Below are positions 27,913 to 38,240 of a DNA stretch of 64,000 nt, piece by piece. The notes under the pieces were generated by a model. That model made no database searches. It was not told the DNA's origin and saw nothing but the letters and a program-made list of their open reading frames with translations. The stretch's first letter is position 1. Every line of letters begins with the position of its first letter. Position numbers and translations under genes: made by a program. The stretch is from NCBI GenBank assembly GCA_043228905.1, contig JBHGNT010000012.1, positions 7,998,001-8,062,000 on the forward strand, read 5' to 3'. The DNA comes from Azolla caroliniana. Its lineage: Eukaryota > Plantae > Polypodiophyta.

Positions 27913-30900
27913 TGTCGTGACGATTTTCGGCTACGGTGTGAAACCGAGTGAGATGAATAAACCAAGGATGTGCACATACACTTAGCAAATAAGCCTCCTA
28001 AGGCCTAGTGGCACTTGAGTTCATATAGAGGGGTGCAAGCAAGGTTTGAACCTTGCACCTCTAAGATACAAGACAATTGCCTTACCACTAGGACAACTAT
28101 CATATAGTGTAAATTTTATGTATTTCCTTTTCATATACAAATTATAGACGAAACAACCATAGAAAACCATGTGCACAAAACCATGGTTTTAAACCCATGG
28201 TTTGTGCATGACATAAGCAAAACCGTGTGCACAAAACCATGGTTTTAGCCCATAGTTTTGTGCATGTCACGAGCATGGAAAGACCTATAAAAGCCTCTAG
28301 TTGGGCTTGTGTAAGGGGGGCTCAATATGTGATATCACCAACACCATTATCATCAATATAATTATATTTGTTTTATCTTCTTCATTATTTTCTACTTCTC
28401 AAGTGTACAAGCTTTCTTCTTCTCAAGTGAACAAATTCTGTCTAATCTTACATTGATCGTCATCTCTTCAATAATTCCGCGAACATCCTCCCCAGTCCAA
28501 GACCCCGGTGGTCGCTCGAGTAGTACACGCACGCGCGAATCTTCGCGACATCATTTGGTGAACCCGACGTGAAGAGCAACAGGGGAGGACGAAGATGGAT
28601 GTTGAATATCTCATGGAGGCAATGTCAAAAAGGATGATGGAGTTTCTGATAGAAGGGAAAAGAAGAAATGAAGCCCAACAAGCCGTCGACAAGGTAGTCC
28701 AACGAATGAGCTATTTCAACGGTGCCGAAGTCCAAAGTTTCCTAAAAGTCTACAATGCGGAGATGGATTCAAGAGGTGTGGACAAAGCTATGAGGCTAGA
28801 GTACTTTTGTCGGGTGGTGTCTCAACCGATCTTCAAATATGTAGAAGAGCTTCTAGAAGCTCATGATTCGTGGGCGACTTTCGAGAAGGCTCTATTGGAG
28901 GAATATGACTATGAGAGACTAAAGGTACAAGATCGACGCAACTTCGACCAATGGGTGGCATCAGCGAAGACCCACCAAGGCGCAACACAAGCATTCGTAG
29001 ACTTCGAGCATCATTTTTCTCAATTGTCGGAGCGGGAACAAAGATTGGTGGGGGTCGATAAGGTCCTTATGTTCGTGAAGTCAATCGATCGAATGGAAAG
29101 GATGGCGATCGGCCTCAAACTCGAAGAAGATGATGGTGCAAATGGCCTCATCGAGGATTGGAGCAAAGTGGAAAGTGTATGCCGACTACACGATAAGGGG
29201 CAAGCGAGAATATCGATGACAACAAGACGGCCCATGAGGGACGATCGAAGAGGGACGAGATGCAACAACGCACCACCAACAAAAGAAATGAAGCTTAGAA
29301 GGGAGACAAAACCGAGGCGAATGGTGATCGAGGAAGAAGAGACCTCCCAACAAATGCGGGTTAATGAAGTGGCCGATACAAAGGCTCTAGTTCGGTATGA
29401 CGGTACCGAGAGAGAAGGTGTGAAACAAGTCACCTTCTTGTCTTACAAAGAAACGACGGCGAAGGAGGAGGCCGATGACTCGAGGACGGCGAACGCCACT
29501 TCGAGGGAGGATAAATGTTTCGGAACACGCATTGTGTACGAAACATCGGGTGATGACGGCGCAAGCATGAGAAAAGCTTGCATGATCGAGGGAGGAAAAG
29601 TGTTTGAGTCTGAAGAGATTGAGGAGGTAGCCATGACAAACGACATCGAGTCGGAGGTGGCTATGGACGAGTCGACAACGGATAGCCATGTCAAGACTTT
29701 CTCCACGATTGTTCCAGAGACTTCGGCGGTTGCACCCATGTGCCAACGTGAGACCGGAGAGACGGAAGGTGGTGACGGGAAGACAAAGGCCCAACACAAA
29801 GAGGAAGAAGATCGAGGAAGAAAGGATATCCCCACACCTATTCTAGAGACTTCGGCGGTTGTGCACGTGCGCCAACGTGAGACCGGAGAGACGGAATGTG
29901 TGGACAAAAAAGAGGACGACCGGAAGGGCGATGAAGAAGACAAGGTAAATGTGCATGAGCGAAGGGATTCCTTCACACTGGTTCCGGAGACTTCGGCAGT
30001 CGAGACCGTGTGTCGGCATAAGACCGAAGATAAAGGAGGTGGCGAAGAGGAGACAATATGGCTCGCAGCGAGCATACATGGAGGGAAGGATATGGCCGAC
30101 GTGGAGGCCAAGGATGAAGCTGCGGTTGAGTTCGATGGAGAGGTTGCATGCGGGAAGGAAGGAAGAGTCGAGAACCGGTTGAACCGGAAGACGATCCGGC
30201 CGGGATTCCGACCCGAACGAAGGAAGATCCACATGGGAGCCGATCGACCGGGGCCGACCCGGCCGAAACCTGATTCGGCGAAAATCGATCGGACGATTCC
30301 GATCCAAAAGGAGGCCGACCCAGCCAGAATCAATCGGTCGAGCCCGACTCGGGGAAATGTGAATGCAGACGAAGGCCAACCAAGCCAAGAAGCGATCGGT
30401 GGAGACCGATCCGGACAAGGGCAAACCCGGCCTAATCGGAGATCGACACGAACGATCTACAATACCCAGTTGAAGATGGTGAGCGTGAGGAGTGGCCAGG
30501 AGTCCAATCGAAGGACACGCGCGGTGGACGAAGGAAGAGCGGTCGTATCGACGACATCGTTCGGTAGATCTACTACAACCGATCGGGGAAGAAGGTGTGA
30601 GCGCCGGATATGGTGGATCGGGTGGCTACGGTGGTTCGGTTGGAAAGATTGCGCATACTCGAAGTGGAAGACGAAGTCGACGAGCGTGTAGAGGAACTCG
30701 GTTGATCACCGTTGCCAAAGATCTCACCTCTTCACCTTTCTCGGCACATACCGGAGGATGTGCGGGTTTGGTGGGGGTGGATGTCGTGACGATTTTCGGC
30801 TACGGTGTGAAACCGAGTGAGATGAATAAACCAAGGATGTGCACATACACTTAGCAAATAAGCCTCCTAAGGCCTAGTGGCACTTGAGTTCATATAGAGG

Positions 30901-31420
30901 GGTGCAAGCAAGGTTTGAACCTTGCACCTCTAAGATACAAGACAATTGCCTTACCACTAGGACAACTATCATATAGTGTAAATTTTATGTATTTCCTTTT
31001 CATATACAAATTATAGACGAAACAACCATAGAAAACCATGTGCACAAAACCATGGTTTTAAACCCATGGTTTGTGCATGACATAAGCAAAACCGTGTGCA
31101 CAAAACCATGGTTTTAGCCCATAGTTTTGTGCATGTCACGAGCATGGAAAGACCTATAAAAGCCTCTAGTTGGGCTTGTGTAAGGGGGGCTCAATATGTG
31201 ATATCACCAACACCATTATCATCAATATAATTATATTTGTCTTTATCTTCTTCATTATTTTCTACTTCTCAAGTGTACAAGCTTTCTTCTTCTCAAGTGA
31301 ACAAATTCTGTCTAATCTTACATTGATCGTCATCTCTTCAATAATTCCGCGAACATCCTCCCCAGTCCAAGACCCCGGTGGTCGCTCGAGTAGCACACGC
31401 ACGCGCGAATCTTCGCGACA
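27913..31420 (+). mobile_element. Element F: non-autonomous gag-only LTR retrotransposon of the D lineage
   Basis: Near-identical LTRs 27913-28550 and 30782-31420. 4-bp TSD ccgt. Same tRNA-Trp PBS (28556-28572), TGTCGTGA terminus and PPT type as D. One ORF and no pol. Confidence 0.92.
28595..30691 (+). CDS. Intact 698-aa Gag-like protein of F with acidic repetitive C-terminal extension
   Basis: The N-terminal ~200 aa align by eye to D Gag (FNGAEVQSFLKVYNAEM vs FSGKDATKYLASYGAEM; KVLMFVKSID..DW vs RVLLFVKSVD..DW). Three PETSAV..RETGETE-type repeats follow. No recognisable CCHC knuckle, PR, RT or INT. Confidence 0.8.
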   Translation: MDVEYLMEAMSKRMMEFLIEGKRRNEAQQAVDKVVQRMSYFNGAEVQSFLKVYNAEMDSRGVDKAMRLEYFCRVVSQPIFKYVEELLEAHDSWATFEKALLEEYDYERLKVQDRRNFDQWVASAKTHQGATQAFVDFEHHFSQLSEREQRLVGVDKVLMFVKSIDRMERMAIGLKLEEDDGANGLIEDWSKVESVCRLHDKGQARISMTTRRPMRDDRRGTRCNNAPPTKEMKLRRETKPRRMVIEEEETSQQMRVNEVADTKALVRYDGTEREGVKQVTFLSYKETTAKEEADDSRTANATSREDKCFGTRIVYETSGDDGASMRKACMIEGGKVFESEEIEEVAMTNDIESEVAMDESTTDSHVKTFSTIVPETSAVAPMCQRETGETEGGDGKTKAQHKEEEDRGRKDIPTPILETSAVVHVRQRETGETECVDKKEDDRKGDEEDKVNVHERRDSFTLVPETSAVETVCRHKTEDKGGGEEETIWLAASIHGGKDMADVEAKDEAAVEFDGEVACGKEGRVENRLNRKTIRPGFRPERRKIHMGADRPGPTRPKPDSAKIDRTIPIQKEADPARINRSSPTRGNVNADEGQPSQEAIGGDRSGQGQTRPNRRSTRTIYNTQLKMVSVRSGQESNRRTRAVDEGRAVVSTTSFGRSTTTDRGRRCERRIWWIGWLRWFGWKDCAYSKWKTKSTSV

Positions 31421-33319
31421 CCGTGCCATAGCTATGTGAGTAGCAACAGACGCAAAGAGCCCTGCGTGGCTGATACACTCGACAGAGTGTTGTAACCCTC
31501 TCAGCGTTGTATATCCACTATCCATAGTGAAGATCTATTCCCGTGGTTTTCTCCCGTTTTAGCGCTTCCACGTAAATCTCTGTGCATAGTTCTCTATCTT
31601 TTTGGTGTGATTGGTATTTCAGCATTGACTGTTCATTGTGATTTAAATTCCGAAACGATTTCTCAATAGGTATAAGGCTCGAATTGTGGTGAAGGGCGTC
31701 CAGCAGAAGAAAGGAGTGAACTTCGATGAGATCTTTGCCCCGGTAGTAAAGATGACATCCATCCGGATGGTACTGGGCATAACGGCAAGCATGGACCTCG
31801 AGGTAGAGCAATTGGACATGAAGACGACATTCCTCCATGGTGATCTCGAAGAGGAGATCTACATGCAGCAACTGGAAGGATTTGAGAAGAAAGGGAAGGC
31901 GCACCTAGTGTGCTGGCTGAAGAAGAGCCTATACGGACTGAAGCAAGCTCCCCGGTAATGGTACCAGAAGTTCACCTCCTTCATGACCGACCAAGGGTAC
32001 CACAAGACGCAGGCCGATCACTGTGTGTTTGTTAAGAAATTCGACAGAGGAGATTTCTTGATACTCCTCTATGTGGATGATATGTTGATTGTTAGACAAG
32101 ACCAAGGCAAGAGCCGAATGCTGAAGAAGGCTCTGAACTGGACCTTCTCAATGAAAGACTTGGGTTCGGCAAGGCAGATATTGGGAATGCACATCATTTG
32201 GGACCGGTCGAAGAAGCTATTGTGGTTGTCACAGGAGAAGTATGTGACAAAGGTGCTTCAACGGTTCAACATGTCGGAGGCAAAACCAGTTGGATCGATA
32301 CTTCCAGTAAACTGCAAGCTATCCGGAAAACAAAGCCCGAGGACAAAGGCGGAGAAGGCAGATATGATGAAGATACCATATGCCTCTGCCATCGGGAGCT
32401 TGATGTATGCAATGGTATGTACCCGGCCAGATATTGGATATGCAGTCGAAGTGGTGAGCAGGTTCATGAGCAATCCCGACAAAGAGCATTGGAACGCGGT
32501 CAAGTGGATACTCTGATATCTGAAAAGCACTTTGAGTATGTGCCTCCAGTTTGGCTCCGGTAATCCACAACTTGACGGATTCACGGATTCGGATATCTCG
32601 GTTGATGCGTATACCACCTAGTCTACATCCGGATATGTAATGACTTATGTAGGGGGAGCTGTATCATGGCAGTTGAGGCTACAGAAGACGGTTGCGTTGT
32701 CAACCACGGAGGCGGAGTACATGGCAGCTGTAGAAGCCGGCAAGGAGATAATCTGGATGAAGGACTTCATCGGAGAGCTAGGGATCCAACAGGAGGAATA
32801 CCGACTCTACTGCGATAGTCAAAGCGCGATCCACCTCGCAAAGAACGTGACCTACCATTCTAGAACGAAGCATATCCAGCGTAGGTACTACTGGATCTGG
32901 GAGTGATTTGAAGATCGAAAGTTCGTGCTGACGAAGATCCACACAGGGGGGAATGGGTCGGATATGTTGACCAAGGTGCTGACACTCGACAAGCTGGACG
33001 CATGCCGGAAGTAGATTGGACTTACAAGACATCCCATACCGGAGTGAAGGGGGAGATTGTTGGGAAATCGGTCTCTCCGGATGGGATCCGGTGATGAATA
33101 AAGAGGACCCCCGGTGAGAATCGGAAGAGATCCGAAAACCGGATCGGTGGATCCGGTGAGAACCGGAAGAGAAGACAGATTTGTAAATATGTCTTGAATA
33201 AGCCCATTGAGGCTATATTTGTAAATAGCCCTAAGTTCATATAACTATAAATATGACTTAGGGCAATCACTTTAGTATGATGTTGTTATGTTGTTGTCAT
33301 ATTGCTGTAACTGTTGTAT

Positions 33320-33350
<31 letters not shown>

Positions 33351-35168
33351 TACTCTGTTGTAATCGCCACTGTGTGAAGAAACAGAGCTCGAGGTCATTG
33401 CCTTCGAGTCTCTGATTGTACCCCTTCTCTTCATAGTGATAGTTCGGAGTCTGTGGGCTCCCGTGGTTTTTCCCTATTAGGGTTTTCCACGTAAACATCC
33501 TGTGTCATTTTCTTGTGTACTCTCCAGTTCCCATTTCTGTGTTTGATTCTTATAGAAGTGATTTACTACTCGGTTGTGGCTGAGCGACATTCCGTGCATT
33601 TCTCTACACAATTACAAATGGGTCTATAAAGTAAAGATAGAAGAAGTCGACAATGCACCCAAGTATAAAGCCCGCAAAGTGGTGAAGGGCAACTGAAAAA
33701 GGGTGTCAGCTTTGAGGAGATCTTCACACCAGTTATGAAGATGACATCTGTTTGAACTATTTTGATCATAGGTGCTAGTATGGACTTGGAGATTGAACAA
33801 TTGGATGTCAAGACAACATTCTTGCATGGGGAGCTAGATGAAGAAATCTACATGCAGTAGCCCAAAGGCTTTGAGGTGAAAGGGAAGGAGAAGCTATTGC
33901 GTCGACTGAAGAAAAGCTTGTATGGTCTGAAACAAGCTCCACGCCAGTGGTATAAGAAGTTCGAATCATTCATGGTTGAACATGGGTTCTAGAAAACACG
34001 GGCCGATCACTGTGTGTTCGTCAAAAGGTATGATGAAGGATACTTCTTGATTCTCTTATTATATGTGGATGACATGCTGATAGTCGGTTAAGACATAAGG
34101 AAGATTGGAAGCTGAAGAAAGCTCTAGGCAAATCGTTTGCCATGAAAGAACTTGGACCGGCCAAACAGATCTTGGGGATGCACGTAGTTCGAGACAGAAA
34201 TAAGAAGGTACTATGGTTGTCACAAGAGAAGTATGTGACGAAAATCCTTGAAGATCGGACACAAAGCCGGTTGGCTTGGTATTGCCGACAAACAATAGGT
34301 TGAATGCTAAGCAATGCCCAAGAGGGGAGAAGGAAAAGGCCGAGATGAGGAAGGTACCGTATGCCTCGCCCGTTGGCAGTCTAATGTATGCTATGGTCTA
34401 TACGAGACCAGACATAGCATTTGCTATGGGGGCAGTAAGCCGATATATGAGTAATCCGGGAAGTGAACACTGGGCAACGGTGAAGTGGATACTCAGGTAC
34501 TTGAAATGCACCTAGGGGGTATGCCTAAGGTATGGTGTCGGAAAACCCATGCTTGAAGGGTTTACTGACTCGGACATGTCGGGGGATGTAGAGTCAAGCC
34601 GGTCCATGTTAGGGTACGTGATGACCTATGCAGAGGGAGCAGTGTCATGGCAGTCATGACTGTAGAAATCTGTGCCCTTGTCAACCACAGAGGCAGAGTA
34701 TATGGCAGTGGTAGAGGTCGAAAAAGAGTTGATTTGGATGAGAAACTTGTTATTCTCTGACCGGACAAGGCCTAACACAAGGTGTCACGGAGACACTTCA
34801 CCAAAGGGTGATTACGGCATAGGATTAAGATTCAACGATTACACCGACTTACGTAGGTTACACGATTAGAATGCTTTGGTTAATTACACGCGTAAGATAT
34901 AACAGTAATTACAGAACGGAAATCAAGACAGAAGTATAAACACCATAAGCTCTATTAATTATCCGCTGTGATTACAATGGGGTCCGGGCCTTTAAATAGG
35001 TTTCCGGCCCGTAGTACAAAACGGTGCCTATCGCACCTATTCGGGATCCGTCCGGATCTGGAACGGCATACCGTTTCCAGTCCGTCCGTCCACACTATGC
35101 TTCTTTACAACCATACTTAATTAACTCCTTCACTCCGTATTTTGGAGTCCTTGCCGGCCGGTAACACA

Positions 35169-35206
35169 TGGCACGCCCGTGGGACAATACCTTGTACGTC
35201 GAACCC
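35169..35206 (+). promoter_or_regulatory. tRNA-Arg-complementary site in place of the PPT of G
   Basis: tggcacgccc gtgggac ..13 nt.. tcgaaccc, 2 nt from the LTR edge. It is complementary to the recalled 3' end of plant tRNA-Arg(UCU), GGGTTCGAGTCCCACnGGGCGTGCCA. Confidence 0.75.
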
Positions 35207-35265
35207 TTCTCGGTCCCTTCATTGTTCACCCAGATTGTCCAAAATACTTTATTCCAGAGTTTCAA

Positions 35266-37854
35266 TTATTCTTCCGGTTGTGGTTGTTGCGGCTGTGCTT
35301 GCTGCTGCTGCTGTGGTTGCTGTTGGGCCTGAGGCTGTTCCGGCTGCTCTATAGGCGGCTGCTCCGTTTGTTTCCCTGACTCCGGCTGCTCCGTTTGTTT
35401 CTCTGACTCCGGCTGCTCCGTTTGACTGCTTCCGGTCCGGTCTCCTTCCAGTAACGGTTCCTCATCACTGAGGTTGACCGTAACTGGTTCTCGTTCTTTC
35501 TCTCCCCGGATCCGGGACCTCTCGTAGCTTTCAAACTGGATCTGCGCCTCCAGCCTGTCGTCGTCCAGCTGAGCTACAAGTTGCCGGACTTGGCCTAGTT
35601 GGTCATCTGCCAAGGCTTGAAAGTCTTCGGCTAGCTCATCTCTTATGCCGGTGAAGTCTTCGGAAGTCAGCATATAGCAATCATCTCCCTCCTTCCGCCG
35701 GTTCTCTACGTCGGCCCGGAGCAATTGGAGTTCCGCTGCGTTCGTGGCCCATTTGGTCCACCATTTGACGGAACCGTTGTCAATCAAGCTCTTGGTCTGG
35801 TTCAACCAGGCCCGCATGATATCCTGGATGCGACTTGCTCCCATTTGCGCTCTGCTTTCCACAACTTGTCGCTCCTCCTTCAACTGCTTGATGAGATTAG
35901 CCGTATCCTCCGCCTGCTCTCTGTAGCGTGTCAGCTGCCCTTGACATGTTGTTTGCAGCCTCTGCAGTACCTCCGCCGCTCTTTCTTTTTCCGCCTACTG
36001 TTGCCTGAGAAGCTCTGTCCGAACCTTCTCCACCTCTTCCAACCGTCTTCTGGTTTCCGCTTGTTCCTTAGCGTATGCCGTCGCGGTCCGATCAACTGCT
36101 TGCCGGAGCTCATCTGTCCGTTCCTTGTGCTCCGTTTGCAACCGTTTATACTCCCGGTGTAATTGCCCAAATTCCTCCGTTTTTTGTTTGAGCTTGCCGT
36201 TGATCTGGCGATGGTTCCGGTCCTCCCGGTCCTTTAGCTGCCGGAGTTCCTCTTTCAGGCGCTCTACTTCTGTTTCGGCGTTTCTTCGGAGCCTGTCCTT
36301 CTCTTGCAGCATTTTCTCCTTCTCCTCCTTGAGCCGGTCGTACGCTTGGTGGCCTTTTCGTAAGCTCTTCTCGGCCAAGCGTAGCTTCTCAGCAGTCTTT
36401 TTGAGTTCTGCCTCCGCTGCCGTCTTCAACTCTCTTTCGCGGCTCCTCAGCGCTTCTTGGGCAGCTAGCTCATCCTTTAAATCCGCAAGCTCTTGGGCTT
36501 GTGCCGCATTTCTCTCCGGAACGGTTTCCGTTGCCGGGGTCTGATTGTTATGTACAGGTTGATCTGACGCCTTATTCTGTACATTGCCCGGAGTCACCGG
36601 TGCTTGGACTTGTGTCGTCAAAGCCAATTGAGCCATTTCCCTTGTGACCCTGTCCAAGTCTTGTTCAAGGCTCCGGATTCTGGACCGGGCCGTCTCTAGA
36701 TCTACGGTTGTGACGAGCAACCGTTCGTTGTGTGCTCTCTCCTCCGCCTCTATGTACTCGACCGCTCCGGCGATCTGCTCGCCTACCCACCGTAGCCACA
36801 TGCTACTGGTGCCTTGCTGTTGTACTGGTCCTACTCCTTGGCCGCCGTGTGTGCTGGCTGGGCTCGCCGGCTATTGAGTTCCGGTTCTCGCCGTCTCCGG
36901 AGCCGTTGGAATGACTTCTTCTATAGAAGTCGACAAGGCCGGTTCCATACGCACCGGTTCCGGTTCCTCCCTTGTGGTTTGCTCAGGTTGAGTTGGGGGC
37001 GTTTCTTCCTCTTGCGGGTACGAACGCTCCCCCGCTGTCCCGGCGGTCCTACTTCTTGACCGTCGTTGGAGGTGCTCTTCTGGCTCCTCCGTTTCCTCTT
37101 CCTGGGTAACGGCCTGTTTCTGTGCCGTCAAGGGTTCCGGTTCCTTCTGTCCCGGTCGCCGTATGGTTATCTTAACGGGTCGGACCGGTGACACCTCCTC
37201 CGGTTCTGAGAACCGTTTCTTCCCTTTCGTCGCCTTCGACGCCAGCAGTTGCTGTCGTTTGGACGCCGGCTTCGAGGTGCTTCCTTCCGATACTCTTGGC
37301 CGCTTCTTTGGCTGAACGGTCTCGACCGGCGGCACGAGCAATGTTATCCACTGAGCTACGGCATGCCACAGCTTCCGGCCCTCCTTGCCGTCCTTTCCTC
37401 GTACCATGTCGATTGCCACGCACAAACCGTCTGCAATCAACACCGGCCAATCCACCTTGGTCCCTTCATAGGTGGCTATGATCATCCCTGCCCGATTTTT
37501 TGGCATGACAGGGGGTCGGGGGTACACGTGGCCGTACTCATGGAGCATTCGAGCTATCTCCCTGAATAGCGGATCTTCGCCGCCCTGCGTTCGATAGCCT
37601 TTGCCGGCAACAGAGTACTCACCGAAATATCGGATGAGTTGCTCCGAGGTTGGGTTATCGATCTGAAAGATACCTCCCTCCGGAAGGCCTGTTAGCGCAC
37701 GGATCGCTTCCTCGGTGATGACTTCTGTTTCGAGCTCCTTGATGACCCGGTCGGCTTCTCTGTGCGGTGGTGCCTCCATGATGGCCAAGAACCCCTCCAG
37801 TCCGTGTTGCCTGAACCATTTCCTGGCCGCTTCCGACAGCGTTTGTGGTTCCAT
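35266..37854 (-). pseudogene. Extra ORF of G (~860 codons; plant-transposon/PMD-like N-terminus and long coiled-coil) with two in-frame TAG stops
   Basis: ORFs 36871-38154, 35995-36801 and 35266-35883 share one frame and are separated by single TAG codons at 36871 and 35995. Motifs ITEEAIRALTGLP and KVDWPVLI. Confidence 0.72.
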
Positions 37855-38240
37855 GTCTACTTCGAGGTCGAGGAAAGATGGCGAGGTAGAGTGGTGATGA
37901 GAGTGAGAGCAAGAGATAGAGAGTTCCGAACGTGGGGGTTCTCTGAGTGCAAGTTCGCGTTTGGTAAGCTTCCACCGCCTTGGTGCTTCTGTGCTTCTTG
38001 GCTCGCGAAATGAAAAGGTCTCCATGCGTTCTGCTTCTTCTCTGTGCGTCTTGGCGCCTTTTTCGAGCGTCCACACGTTGTGTACTAATTTAGTATTAAG
38101 TAGCGTGGCGGCACTTAAATGCCCACTACGTACCTTTTCGCTCCTTGCTTTCACGCCCGTTCATACCTCGATTTTTAATGATTTTTTTTTATTTTTATTT
38201 TTATTTTTATTTTTATTTATATTAATGACGGTATGTGATC

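Larger units (their letters stand above)
27524..31668 (+). mobile_element. Solo LTR E (Copia A-related), inserted in RT of B and interrupted by F
   Basis: Starts tgttgggaat..cctctagtgggagg like the A LTR. Perfect TSD ggtat (27519-27523 / 31669-31673). About 630 bp after removing F, with no internal coding sequence. Confidence 0.85.
12334..33608 (+). mobile_element. Copia B (Tnt1/Tork-like), degenerate, inserted in RT of A; hosts Copia C and solo LTR E
   Basis: LTRs 12334-12912 and 33058-33608. PBS tggtatcagagc at 12916. PPT gaagggggag. TSD cactt/caatt. Gag from 12942; coding continues at 25246-27523 and 31674-33047. Confidence 0.9.

Noticed and set aside
28595-30691. Captured host gene
   Set aside because: The N-terminus aligns to Gag of element D, and the ORF lies directly between PBS and PPT.
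35266-38154. Envelope/fusogen gene in G
   Set aside because: No evident signal peptide or transmembrane helix; the protein is hydrophilic and coiled-coil.
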